Shown: positions 24,125-37,847, numbered from the stretch's first letter. The stretch is 64,000 nt of DNA from Octopus sinensis (GCF_006345805.1 NC_043003.1:1612001-1676000); one strand, 5' to 3'. Notes: generated from the letters alone by a model not told the origin. Numbers and translations: made by a program.

Positions 24125-25472
24125 CAGCTTAATCTGTTATTTCTCACTGCTTAATCTGCTTAATCACACAGCTTAATCTGTTATTTCTCACTGCTTAATC
24201 TGCTTAATCACACAGCTTAATCTGTTATTTCTCACTGCTTAATCTGCTTAATCACACAGCTTAATCTGTTATTTCTCACTGCTTAATCTGCTTAATCACA
24301 CAGCTTAATCTGTTATGTCTCACTGCTTAATCTGCTTAATCACACAGCTTAATCTGTTATGTCTCACTGCTTAATCTGCTTAATCACACAGCTTAATCTG
24401 TTATGTCTCACTGCTTAATCTGCTTAATCACACAGCTTAATCTGTTATTTCTCACTGCTTAATCTGCTTAATCACACAGCTTAATCTGTTATGTCTCACT
24501 GCTTAATCTGCTTAATCACACAGCTTAATCTGTTATGTCTCACTGCTTAATCTGCTTAATCACACAGCTTAATCTGTTATGTCTCACTGCTTAATCTGCT
24601 TAATCACACAGCTTAATCTGTTATGTCTCACTGCTTAATCTGCTTAATCACACAGCTTAATCTGTTATGTCTCACAGCTTAATCTGCTTAATCACATAGC
24701 TTAATCTGTTATTTTTCACTGCTTAATCTGCTTAATCACACAGCTTAATCTGTTATGTCTCACTGCTTAATCTGCTTAATCACATAGCTTAATCTGTTAT
24801 GTCTCACTGCTTAATCTGCTTAATCACACAGCTTAATCTGCTATGTCTCACTGCTTAATCTGCTTAATCACACAGCTTAATCTGTTATGTCTCACTGCTT
24901 AATCTGCTTAATCACATAGCTTAATCTGTTATGTCTCACTGCTTAATCTGCTTAATCACACAGCTTAATCTGTTATGTCTCACTGCTTAATCTGCTTAAT
25001 CGCACAGTTTAATCTGTTATGTCTCACTGCTTAATCTGCTTAATCACATAGCTTAATCTGTTATTTCTTACTGCTTAATCTGCTTAATCACACAGCTTAA
25101 TCTGTTATTTCTCACTGCTTAATCTGCTTAATCACATAGCTTAATCTGTTATTTCTCACTGCTTAATCTGCTTAATCACACAGCTTAATCTGTTATGTCT
25201 CACTGCTTAATCTGCTTAATCACATAGCTTAATCTGTTATTTCTTACTGCTTAATCTGCTTAATCACACAGCTTAATCTGTTATTTCTCACTGCTTAATC
25301 TGCTTAATCACATAGCTTAATCTGTTATTTCTCACTGCTTAATCTGCTTAATCACACAGCTTAATCTGTTATGTCTCACTGCTTAATCTGCTTAATCACA
25401 TAGCTTAATCTGTTATTTCTTACTGCTTAATCTGCTTAATCACACAGCTTAATCTGTTATTTCTCACTGCTT
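24125..25472. repeat. 44-bp minisatellite, ~30 copies (GCTTAATCTGTTATKTCTCACT-GCTTAATCTGCTTAATCACAYA)
   Basis: Period 44 measured (24127 to 24171). Each unit is a dimer of two related 22-bp halves. Confidence 0.97.
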
Positions 25473-28016
25473 GCTGACATTGGCAGGATCGTTATGGTGC
25501 CAGACGAAATGCTTGGCAGCATTTCCTCCAGCCTTTTATGTTCTGGTTTCAAATCCTGCTGAGGTCGGATTTGTCTATCATCCTTTCAATAACAAAAGGA
25601 CCTTGTGCCTAGAGTTGTTAGTCTAGTCATCTCTTTTACCAAGCAACTGAGTTACAAGGACATAAACAAACCAACATCAGCTACCAAGCAGCAAAGGGAC
25701 AAATGCATATATATACATACATATGCCAGTTCCGCCTGACTGGCTCCCATGCCAGTGGCACATAAAAAGCAGCATCCGAATGCGGCCGATGCCAGTACTT
25801 CCTGACTGGCTCCTGTGCTGGTGGCACATAAAAAGCAGCATCCGAATGTGGCCGATGCCAGTACTTCCTGACTGGCTCCTGTGCTGGTGGCATGTAAAAA
25901 ACCCTATCCAAACGTGACAAATGCCAGGGTTGCCTGACTGGCTCCTGTACCAGTGGCATGTAAAAGTACCCACTACACTCTCAGAGTCAGGCAGCATTGG
26001 CATCGGCTACGATTAGATGGTGCTTTTTACATGCCACCAGCATAGAAGCCAATCGGGACTGGGTGGGGGTGGGGGATCTGTAGAAATATTGGGCATCAAA
26101 TTGACAAAGAAATCATATCAAAAGACCCTGAAACTCCAGATTATAAAATTCATCAAGAACATTGGTTTCAAAATTCGACACAAGGCAGACAATTTTGGGG
26201 AGGAGATAAGTCAATAACATCAACCCCAGTGCATAACTGGTACTTATTTTATCGACTGTTAAAAGATGAAAGGCAAAGTCAACCTCAACAGAACTTGAAC
26301 TCAGAACACAGACACAGATGAAATACTGCTAAGCATTTTGCGCGGCATGCTAACAATTCTGCTCACACACACACACATTTAATCATCATTTAACATCTGT
26401 TTTCCATGGTAGCAATGGTTGGGCAGTTCACCAGCAGCTGGCAAGGCCGAAGAGCAGCACCAGGCTACATTTGGCTGTTTTGGTGGTTTCTAAAGCTGGA
26501 TGCCCTTCATAATGCCAACCACTTTACAGAGTGTGTTGGGTGGTTAAAACTTTAACATATTGCCAGGAATGGAATCATCATCATCATTATCATCGTTTAT
26601 CGTCTGCTTTCCATGCTGGCATGGGTTGGATGGTTTGACTGAGGACTGGCAAGCCAGTAGGCTGCACCAGGCTCCAATCTGATCTGGCAAGGTTTCTACA
26701 GCTGGATGCCCTTCCTAATGCCAACCACTCCAAGAGTGTAGTGGGTGCTTTTTATGTGCCACCAGCACAGGTGCCAGTCAGGCAGCACTGACATCAATGA
26801 CACTCAAACGGTGCTTTTTATGTGCAACCAGCACTGGCATTAACCAAGTGGAAATGGTGCTTATTATGTGCCACCAGCACAGGTGCCGGTCAGGCAGCAC
26901 TAGCATTGGCCATGACAACAAATTCACTTGACTCAATTGGTCTTCTCAAGCACCGCATATTGCCCGATGACCGAAAGGAACTTTTAAATGGGCTGGTTAC
27001 GTGACACTGGCATCAGGCACGGCTACGATCTCATTTGGCTTGCTGGGTCTTCTCAAGCACAGCATTTTGTCAAAGGTCTCAGTCGCTTGTCGAAATCATT
27101 GATATAAGAGCAGAAGAGCAAAGTGTCAAAATTACAAAAACAGCTGAAAATGTTCTTTAAGGATTTACAATCTCAAAGGACCGTAACTAGAATATAGAAA
27201 CTGTGAACGCAATACGCAAGGGCCGTGGTCTTTCATAAACACCTGCATGTGCAGAGATATGCAAGTACATCCACATGAACATGGATACACACACACACGC
27301 ACACGCACGCATGCACACACATACGCACACACACACGTGCATGTGCACACATACACACACACGCACACACATGCATGCACACAAACACACATACACACAC
27401 ATGCATAAGCGAACTTTAGGTCTCACCGAGGAAATGACTAGAGACCGAGACCTTTGGAAGTATGCTGTGCGTGAGAAGACCTGGCAAGACTAGTGAGACC
27501 ATCACCCATGGCCTCAGTCCACTTATGCATACCTTTCCTTCTTGGGACACAAAACCCCCTACTTGTGAAGACCTGTTGAGGCAAGTGAAAATCAAAATCA
27601 AAATCGAAATCAATCAACATCAATGGGAATTGTAGCTGTGATACCAGTGGCAGTGGCACATAAGAGAACCATCCGAACGTGGCTGTTGCCAGCCTCGCCT
27701 GGCCTCCGTACCGGTGGCACATAAAAAGCACCATCCGATCGTGGCCGTTTGCCAGCCTCGTCTGGCATGTAAAAAGCACCCACTACACTCGTGGAGTGGT
27801 TGGCGTTAGGAAGGGCATCCAGCCATAGAAACACTGCCAGATCAGACTGGGCCTGGTGCAGTCTTCTGGCTTCCCAGGCCCCAGTCGAACCGTCCAACCC
27901 ATGCCAGCATGGAAAGCGGACGCTAAACGATGATGATGATGATAAGCACACACATGCACACACAGACACATGTGCATGCACACACACATGCACACACAGC
28001 TATGGTATGACCACAC

Positions 28017-28504
28017 TTGGAATTCGCATCATCAGTTTGGAACCCCTATCTTGCTCAGAACATTGACCTCCTGGAATCTGTCCAGAGACGTGCAACCAAA
28101 CGCATACCCTCCATCAGACACCTACCATACTCTGAGCGCCTTGTTTCCCTGGGCATGGATTCACTGAAGCTCCGGCGTCTGGCGACGGACTTGGTAAACA
28201 CCCACAAGGTTATCAACCACCTCACCAACAACAACACTGAACACTTTTTTGATCTCCATGTGTCTAACACACGTGGACATGCCTACAAAGTCAGAAAACA
28301 GCACAGCTCCCATGACTTTCGGAAACATTTTTTCACGCTCAGAGTTGCTGAAGCATGGAATAAACTGCCTGCGTCAGTTGTTGACTGCCATGACACTGCA
28401 TCCTTTAAGGCCCTCATGCTTTCCGAAATCCGCCGAAACTACACCTGATTATATATACACTTTAGATGAGTTGTAGTGCACCTGAGCACTGTACACAATT
28501 ATTA

Positions 28505-28535
<31 letters not shown>
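28017..28535 (+). mobile_element. CR1-clade LINE 3' fragment with (ATT)n tail
   Basis: ORF 28017-28448: VWNPY..IDLLESVQRRATK..YSERL..L.SL..RR..TRGH..K..RKHFFTLRV..WNKLP, the CR1 ORF2 C-terminus. Confidence 0.9.
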
Positions 28536-28579
28536 AAACACATGCACCCACACAAACACACACACACAAACATATTTAC

Positions 28580-28761
28580 ATTGGTTATTCTTATATAAAT
28601 GGAGTAAAAGACTGCCATTACCGTCAGAAGAATGGTTAAACACTGTTGTGTTTGCAAACTGAATAACTGGTGAAAGTAATTTCAGCACTTGGTGGACACT
28701 TGAAATGGTCATCCAAAACACTTTACCATTTTCTATCTTTGTTACAAAAGCAAATGAGTGT
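28580..28761 (-). CDS. Coding exon 4 of secreted PAN/Apple-domain protein
   Basis: Acceptor tttgaattctag. Phase 2 joins exon 3 to give IHSFAFVTKIENGKVFWMTISSVHQVLKLLSPVIQFANTT... Donor GTAAAT after 28580 or GTAATG after 28622, both phase 1. Confidence 0.65.
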
Positions 28762-28809
28762 CTAGAATTCAAAGAGAAACGGTTTATAGAAGAGGCAAGC
28801 ATGAATCAC

Positions 28810-28842
<33 letters not shown>

Positions 28843-29865
28843 AATTTAGTATATTTTCCATGCTGGCATGGGTTGGACGGTTTGACAGGAGCTGGCCAAA
28901 TTCCAATTGTTTATTTTGGCCTGGTTTCTACAGCTGGATGCCCTTCCTGATGCCAACCACTTCACAGAGTGTACTGGGTGCTTTCTATGTGGCACCAGCA
29001 TCAGTGCTCTTACATGGCACCAGCACAGGTATTTGTATGTGGTACTGTCACATGCGCCACCTCACAGACCAGCTCGACCCTACTGACATGATCCAGAGAC
29101 AAACCAGGGCAAGATATTCAGTGCTAATGTGGGTCGCAGGGTTAAGAATGTGGAACACCATGATTTCAAGCACAAGCAACAGATGTCCAAAATATTCAAT
29201 GCCAATCCCAGCACATCTAGTTCTATATCAAAGTGACTTTCTCCTAGAAACATGTTTTAACAAAGTCTAAGAGGTACCTCACTCCCAGAGATCTTCCAGC
29301 ACACCAGACTCCAACCTAGAATTCCTGAGGTCCCATACTTTTGCTAGACAGTCGTTTGACCTAGGTTCACCCATCCTTTTGACAGGTTTTCTTTTTAGTC
29401 CTTCTGGGTTTTCTTGCATAGACCAAGTACCAAGCTTAAAAACTAAGTACTAGGGTGGATTTGTTCGACTGAAACCTTTCGAGGCAGTGCCCCAGCATGG
29501 CCACAGTCTAATGACTGAAACAAGTAAAAGATAAAAGATAGTCTCAGTTGGCTACTCTTGAGAATCAGTCCAGAAAGTCTAATGACAGTTGCTTCTGATA
29601 GGACCCTCTGGGGGAGGGGCCTGAAGATTCTACCCTAACAACGCTCCCAATAAATAGAATTATTCTTTTACTCTTTTACTTGTTTCAGTCATTTGACATG
29701 GCCATGCTGGAGCAGCACCTTAAGTTGAGCAAACTGACCCCAGGACTTATTCTTTGCAAGCCTAGTACTTATTCTATCGGTCCCTTATGCTGAACCACTA
29801 TGTTACGGAGACGTAGACACACCAGCATTGGTTGTCAAGCGATGGTGGGGGAGGGACAAACACAG

Positions 29866-29917
<52 letters not shown>

Positions 29918-30089
29918 GTATATATATACAACGGGCTTCTTTCAGTTTCTGTCTACCAAATCCACTTACAAGGCTTTGGTCAGCCTGAGGCTATAGTAGA
30001 AGACACTTACCCAAGGTGCCATGCAGTGGGACTGAACCTGGACCCATGTGGTTGGTAAGCAAGCTACTTTCCACACAGCCACAATAACT

Positions 30090-31135
30090 TTTTAAAGTTA
30101 TCTCTGCAGACTTTCTACAAAAATTAGAGCTGAGTCTCGGACATTTACTCCCCAGAGACAATAATCCCTGAGGACAAACCACCCCCTAGGAAAATTACCC
30201 CTAAGCACTTAACTCCTGATGTGTACCATATTTTCTGGTGTATAAACCGCTTTTTTTTACCTGGAAAATTTAGTGTAGAGGCTATTGTGGAGAGGTGCAC
30301 TTAATAATGTGTGTATTTTTTATAAGTTTCAGGAGGAAAATAATTTGTGTCTGGAGATTGAATGATTTCACTGATTTTTCCAGAGGAAAAGTTGGTCGGA
30401 GAACAACATGAAAGACTACGGCTATAGGACATTGGTGCCAGGAAGAAAACAAAGCATATTTGTTTTGCCTTCATGTTTTGATAATGTTATTTTTAATCTA
30501 ATAAAGACTTTTATATTGACGAAGTGTATTTGTTGTTGATTATTTCTAGAAAGGACTATTTCGATGTTTCAGTCCGTATTAATGCCGTAGTTAGCAATTA
30601 TGAAAACATGTGATACAATATTTGCAAGGAATTGTGTATAATTTGCACTTTTAGATGGTGATTTAAAGCTTCTTAATATATTGGAGAAGAGGTAATTAAC
30701 TAAGCAGGGTGTAATTGTACTACGGGGTAGTTGTCATTGGAGGAATGGTCCTAGGGGGGTAATTGTCCTGATACATTAGAGCCAGCAGTGAAAGTCATGA
30801 TGTTTCATATATGAATACATCTAATGTAAACAATGTGATCAAAGATAGAAAAAACAGGTAGTGGGTGTACATGCACATTTCAGGAGTTATTGCTGTTTCT
30901 TCAGTACCACATCCAACCCATTAATCATCCACGAACACATTGCTTAAATAACAATTAAATTTAATGATATATCTTAAATAAATAGACCAATTTTACATAT
31001 TAATCAAATTCCTGGCAACTGGCACCTATTTTTCTATCTTTGGTCACATTGTTTACACAGACATAGTCATATGGGAAACATTATGACTTTCAACGCTGGC
31101 CCTAATTTCTATAGAAAATCTGTAGAGATAACACT
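30090..31135. mobile_element. Nested MITEs: inner element 30131-30774 with ATTAGAGC target duplication inside an outer long-TIR element
   Basis: ATTAGAGC at 30123-30130 and 30775-30782. Inner ends are ...CGGACATTTACTCCCC / GGGGTAATTGTCCTG. The outer arms (30090-30130 plus 30775-30862) are inverted to ~31022-31135. Confidence 0.6.
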
Positions 31136-31316
31136 ATAAATTTGATTGGATTGCACTGCTAACACAGGCAGGACACAGTATTGACTTATAAGCCTTTAAT
31201 ACACTTGGTAATATATTTTGGTTGCTAAATGAAATAGTGTCCCTTCCAGCCATTAATAGAATTATAATAAAAAAGAAAAACTTAATTAAGAGACAAAAAT
31301 TAAGTATGGAACATAC

Positions 31317-31474
31317 ATATTCATAGCAACATGGAGATGTGTGGTGTTAGCCTCAAAAGGCCATGGACACTCAAGGATTTTACTGACATCAAACCAGGAC
31401 TCCTTTGTTGAACCACGTCCATCAAATACTAATGACACAGCCACTTCTGAATCTTTCTTTATAACCAGTTTTAC
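31317..31474 (-). CDS. Coding exon 3 of secreted PAN/Apple-domain protein
   Basis: ttttgcag acceptor and GTATGT donor. Phase 0 in, phase 2 out. VKLVIKKDSEVAVSLVFDGRGSTKESWFDVSKILECPWPF... Confidence 0.85.
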
Positions 31475-31521
31475 CTGCAAAATGTGGTAAATAGAAAAAC
31501 AAATACAATTTACAATATTCA

Positions 31522-32369
31522 CAGGGGTTGGACAAAATAATGGAAACACCTTAAAATTTCAAGCAAATTTATTTTAATATGGGGTAGGACCGCCTTTGGC
31601 AGTAATTACAGCTTCAATTCTACAAGGTATGGACTCATACAAAGTTTGAATTATTTCCAAAGGAATTTTTGTCCATTCCCAGCTAGAGCAGTCTCCAGAT
31701 CTTGTAGTGATGAGGGTGGAGGATATCTACTCCTTACTTGTTTTTCTAAAATGCACCATAAATGTTCAATAATATTGAGATTTGGGGACTGTGCTGGCCA
31801 GATAAGATGTTCAACTTCACTAGAATGTTCCTCATACCATTCAGTAACAACTTTAGCTGTGTGAATTGGTGCTTTATCATCCTGAAAGATTGTGTTTCCC
31901 TCAGGAAACAGTTCTGCAAGCATAGGATGAATTTGATCAAATAAAATGCTTGAATAGTCTTGACTATTAATTCTGCCATGAAGGGAAACCATTGGGCCTG
32001 CGGATTTCCAAGATATAGCCCTCCAGACCATCACAGTTCCTCCTCCATATTTAACAGTTGGAAGAAGGCAGTCTAGGTCAAATGCTTCTTTTGGCTGATG
32101 GTTTGAAATAAGGTAAAGGATGACTTGTCTGAGAAATTAACATTCTTCCACTGCTGTAGGGACCAATTCTATAGGATTTTACTCCACTGTAAACGCTTTG
32201 CACCGTTTGTGTTTGAAAGTAGTGGTTTTCTGATTGCAGCCTTCCCATGAAATCTGGCTTTGTGCAGCTCATCATCATCATCATCTTCATCATCATCATC
32301 ATCTTCATCATCTTCATCCTCATCCTCATCTTCATCATCATCATCATCATCTTCATCATCATCATCATC

Positions 32370-32434
<65 letters not shown>

Positions 32435-32844
32435 CGTTTAACATCCGTTTTCCGTGCTAACATGTGTTCCAGCAAACAATTTTTGGAGAAACTAGGTCCT
32501 CGAGGTGGTCATTAAGCTCTGCAGTAATTTGGGGAGCTGTACTTCTGTGATCTTTTCTCACAATTCACGTAAGACTCCATCGGTCCCTATCTGAAAGTTT
32601 TGGTTTTCTTCTAGAGTTTTGTTTCGACAAGGAGGTTCTTCCCTCTTTCTCAAAGGCTGTCATTACTTTCAAGACAGTACTTCTTGATACACCAAACATT
32701 TCAGTTGTTTCCGTTCCGCTAGCACTTGCCATACGAGCACAAATCAAAAAACATAAAAATAAACAAGCTTTTGATGGTTTTATAGATATTTCAAAATTAT
32801 GATGCTCTGATGCTTGGTGTTTCCATTATTTTGTCCAACCCCTG
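31522..32844 (-). mobile_element. Tc1-family DNA transposon, both TIRs present, decayed transposase
   Basis: 29-bp TIRs CAGGGGTTGGACAAAATAATGGAAACACC at 31522-31550 and 32816-32844, with TA on the right. Motifs IFQDDKAPIH..WPAQSPNLNIIEHLW. Interrupted at ~32269-32459 by a retroposon tail with long (TCA)n. Confidence 0.93.
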
Positions 32845-33483
32845 TATAAGCACAGGTGTGGTTGGGTGGTAAGAAGTTTGGTTCCCAACCATATGGTCCC
32901 CAGTTCAGTCCCTCTGCATGGCATCTTGAGCGAGTATCTTTTACTATAGCCTCAGGCTTACCAAAGCCTGGTGAGTGGATTTGGTAGACAGAAACTGTAA
33001 AAAGCTCATCATATGTGTGTGTGTGTGTGTGCGTATGCGCGTGTGCGTGTGTGTGTGTATGTGTGTGTGTGTGTATGTGTGTGTGCGTGTGTGTGCATGT
33101 GCTTGTGTATTTGCGTGTGTGTGTGCATGTGTCTTTGAGTTTGTGTTTGTCCCCCACAACCACTTGACAAGCAGGGTTGGTGTGTTTATATCCCCATCAC
33201 TTAGCAGCTCAGCAAAACAGACTGATAGAATAAGCACCCAGCTTAGAGTACTGGGGTCAATTCATTTGACTGAAAATTCTTCAAGCCAGTGCCCCAGCAT
33301 GGCCACAGTCTAATGGCTAAATCAAGTAAAAGATAAAGGATTAAAGATACACAGGGAAAACTGAAAGTAAGAATAAGGGACAAAAGTAGGTCTGCAGCAG
33401 TTTGTATGGTGAGAATTTGGAAAGTCTGAGAGACGTGAAATTAGACATTTTTAATTGTGGAACTTGAAGATAAAAAAAAGATT

Positions 33484-35110
33484 CCCCTTCGGTCATGAAT
33501 GACCATGGGGTTGCACCCAGAAAGTTCCCCTCCGAGGCACAAGTCCAAGCAAGGTTGTTAATGGAAGACCAGCAGTCACCCATGCACACCCATGCTCCAC
33601 TCTCCATGTCATTATATGTACATAGGGTAAAGGGTAAAGACCCCCTTCGGTCATGAATGACCGTGGGGTTGCACCTAGAAAGTTCCCCTCCGAGGCACAA
33701 GTCCAAGCAAGGTTGTTAATGGAAGACCAGCAGTCACCCATGCACACCAACCTCCCATCTCCATGCCATTATATGTACATAGCGTAAAGGGCAAAGACCC
33801 CATTCGGTCATGAATGACCATGGGGTTGCACCTAGAAAGTTCCCCTCCGAGGCACACGTCCAAGCAAGGTTGTTTATGGAAGACCAGCAGTCACCCATGC
33901 ACACCAACCTCCCATCTCCATGCCATTATATGTACATAGGGTAACGGGAAAAGACCCCCGTTGGTCATGAATGACCATGGGGTTGCACCTGGAAAGTTCC
34001 GCTCCAAGGCACACGTCCAAGCAAGGTTGTTTATGGAAGACCAGCAGTCACCCATGGATACCAGCCTCTTCTCTCCATGCCTTTATACGTATATAGGGTA
34101 AAGGGCAAAGATCCCTTTCGGTCATGAATGACCATGGGGTTGCACCCTGAAAGTTCCCCTCCGAGGCACAAGTCCAAGCAAGGTTGTTAATGGAAGACCA
34201 GCAGTCACCCATGGATATCAGCCTCCCCTCTCCATGCCATTATATCTACATAGGGTAAAGGGCAAAGACCCCCGTCGGTCATGAATGACCATGGGGTTGC
34301 ACCTGGAAAGTTCCCCTCCAAGGCACAAGTCCAAGCAGGGTTGTTTATGGAAGACTAGCAGTCACCCATGCACAACAACCTCCCATCTCCATGCCATTAT
34401 ATGTACATAGGGTAAAGGGAAAAGACCCCATTCGGTCATGAATGACCATGGGGTTGCACCTAGAAAGTTCCCCTCCGAGGCAAAAGTCCAAGCAAGGTTG
34501 TTTATGGAAGACTAGCAGTCACCCATGGATACCAGCCTCTTCTCTGCATGCCATTATATGTACATAGGGTAAAGGGCAAAGACCCCCGTCGGTCATGAAT
34601 GACCATGGGGTTGCACCTAGAAAGTTACCCTCCGAGGCAAAAGTCCAAGCAAGGTTGTTAATGGAAGACCAGCAGTCACCCATGGATACCAGCCTCTTCT
34701 CTGCATGCCATTATATGTACATAGGGTAAAGGGCAAAGACCCCCGTCGGTCATGAATGACCATGGGGTTGCACCTAGAAAGTTACCCTCCGAGGCAAAAG
34801 TCCAAGCAAGGTTGTTAATGGAAGACCAGCAGTCACCCATGGATACCAGTCTCTTCTCTCCATGCCATTATATGTACATAGGGTAAAGGGCAAAGACCCC
34901 CGTCGGTCATGAATGACCATGGGGTTGCACCTGGAAAGTTCCCCTCCAAGGCACAAGTCCAAGCAAGGTTGTTTATGGGAGACCAACCTATGCATACCTG
35001 TCTCCCCTTTCGACACCATTACATTTGCATAGGGTAAAGAGTAAGAACCCCTTCGGTCATGAATGACCATAGGAATGCATCTAGGAAGTTACTCTCCGAG
35101 GCACAAGTCC
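33484..35110 (-). repeat. 157-bp tandem array, ~10.4 copies
   Basis: GGTCATGAATGACC recurs at 33491, 33649, 33806, 33963, 34120, 34277, 34434, 34591, 34748, 34905 and 35055. Confidence 0.97.
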
Positions 35111-35249
35111 CAGTTGATGAGACATTAGGCAATGAATGGAGTCTTGTATTCTCCTAAAACACAGAATGTAACTCATTCTGTCCCTGAAAAAAAACAAAAA
35201 AACATTCAAAGCTTTCTCTTTGTGGCACCAAACTTGTAAATTTCATTCA

Positions 35250-35408
<159 letters not shown>

Positions 35409-35741
35409 ACTTTAATGTCCATGGCTGGTGAGCCTGGAAGGCTGCACCAGACTCCAGTCTCATTTGGCATGGTTTTCTACAGCTGGGTGCCCTTCCTAAT
35501 GCCAACCACTCCAAGAGTGCAATGGGAGCTCTTACATGCCACCGGCACAGGTACCATTTGTGTGACACCACTATCTGCCATGATTGCGATTTTACTCAGC
35601 TTGATGGGTTTTCTTCTCCAGTATGATATAATGCCAAAGGACCCAGTCATTGCCTCTGTGAGGCCCAATGCCCTGAAGGAACTCAGCCAGTTTGCCTCCG
35701 TGAAGCCCATTGCTTGAAAGGAACTCAAAGCAAGAAATTAC

Positions 35742-35953
35742 CTTCGCAATAGGCAGGTTGTTCCAAATGTCAATCAGGTTGCTTCTATAGTAGTTCAAAC
35801 ATTTATCGTTTTCTTCTGTGGTTTCTGATACCATTTTCTCCTTTGTCACAACAACTGGAGACTGACAACCAGATATTCCACCTTCAGAATAAGTTGCACT
35901 TACGTTGACATCCACACCGCTTTTTACAAAGTAAATCATGTTCCAGATGTTAC
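35742..35953 (-). CDS. Coding exon 2 of secreted PAN/Apple-domain protein
   Basis: tgtgtttag acceptor and GTAATT donor. Phase 1 in, phase 0 out. GNIWNMIYFVKSG...C...C LNYYRSNLIDIWNNLPIAK. Confidence 0.85.
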
Positions 35954-36739
35954 CTAAACACAAAGAATGGTAAGAGGGAAAGTAAAGCAATATCAAATTC
36001 TAAAGAAACTGAAGAAAATATATGACATGTTGTTATTTTCTTTAATATTGTGAAGAATAAAAGAGATTAAAAATCAGTCTAAATTAATTAACCAATTTCC
36101 TAATTCTGGAGAATTGATACCAAAGAACTGATAGACTTTGGTATCAGTCTATCAGTGATAGACTGATAGACTGATATATGTACATAGGGTAAAGGGAAAA
36201 GAGGACTTAATTGTATCAGATTAAATTGTATACACAACGAAAATTTGTTATGAGCAACAGAAGCAGTAGGAGTCTAAAATAGCAATCTCCATATCATATT
36301 TAAAGCAGAGACATAATGAACTGCCTAATTAACTACAATATTAACCGTTTTACTATGTCAGTAACAGTGGCTTCTGTCCCAGAAAACTTTTTGCACTGGA
36401 TACAGTTTCTTGTGATTGCTCTATGAATCAGCCAATCTGCATAAAACTATGGCGAGACATGGTTTCTTGAATGTTCTCAAAATTCATACCCTTTTACCCT
36501 AGTTCAACAGTTTGGCATCTAACTCATAGAAGACCACTGCTAGTATTCAACCAAGACCGGGCACAGCAGATCACAACTTGCTTTCCATAACACACAGAAC
36601 TGTTTTCTCCGAGCTTCCACAATGTGTATTGTATCTACATTTTCCTCTTCCAGATAGCAAATGTTGAAACCAACTCAGTAAATCATTTATCCTTTCTATT
36701 CTGACGACCAATAAATTGGTGATGATCTCTGGTAGTTTG

Positions 36740-37070
36740 TGTATTTATATGTGCTTCCTGCCCAACAATGACAGGGGGCTCCGAAAGGGATCTCTGGGAG
36801 TAGAGTTTTCATCACATTTCTTAAAAATCATGGTAGAGGCCTTGGTCTCGGGACCACTCATGTCTAGAAACTGAGGTTGGGGGTAAGCAAGGGCATGCTC
36901 CCCGTAGAAAATCCAGCTCCAAAAAAACCTCATGATAGCAAAGGAGAAAGGGCACCAGCGCCAGCCCAAAGGTTGGGGTGGGCTGCACCTGCCTACCTCA
37001 GTTGCTATGGAATTGAGGTAGATCCAGCTACCCCCATTAACAGGGAGAAAACCCAGATTTAAAACGCTGG
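36740..37070 (+). mobile_element. Probable 5' UTR remnant of an RTE-type LINE
   Basis: GC-rich block with tgggagtagagttttca and gggtaagcaagggcatgctccc, reminiscent of RTE 5' ends. Recognition from memory only. Confidence 0.35.
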
Positions 37071-37847
37071 ATTATGAACATTTGCAAGTTTGACTTTATT
37101 TGTAATACAATCAGCCAGTCAGATCTTACATAAGGCTACAGCATCATTAGTTCTAAAACCAACCCACATCTGGTTGCACAACAACAGCAGCTGCCTCGAT
37201 ATATTACTCTTGCTTTAACCTTTGCCAGTCTAAAACATTTTCATGAGTTCTTCCTAAACCCCCATGCTTCTTTTCAGATTTTTAGTGGGTCCTCGTTTCA
37301 TACGTTTTGAGCAATATAAAGCTTTCTATACATAAGTCCCAACTTACTCTTCTGGTTGAAAAAGAGATTGGGAATGTGTATCATATACGATGCAAAGAAA
37401 CCAGGAAAATGTGTCCTGCATCAAAGAGTTAAGATTAATTTAACCCATTTAGTGTTTAAACTGGGCTTATCCACACTAGTGTAGCACTGGGCACCTTGGG
37501 TGGCACTTTTAAAGGGGGTACCACTTTTGGGTCTGCTGAGGGCAATATGTGTTTTTTGTGGAGTCCAAGGGTGACAAATGGAAGGGCCACCCCAGGTGGC
37601 ACACACTCTAGCTATGCTAATGCATGTCCAGTCTAAATATTCCACCTGTTTTATCATCAAACTGGTCAAATATGGTCTTTCGTGGGTACCTTGCAGTGTC
37701 ACTTTAAAAGTAAACAATCAAATCATTGAAATCTCAAAGCCATGAAGTAATGCAGGATTAATTTAAAATGGTGTGAGTACATAAGCCTTACATTTCACAG
37801 AATAATCTGAGTGTTAAAGGGTTAACATCATGGAACTTATGTCTTAC

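Noticed and set aside
32078-32515. Poly-Met/Asp/His/Ser/Ile ORFs (also 35206-35717 and 43881-44513)
   Set aside because: Translations of (TCA)n-type microsatellites.
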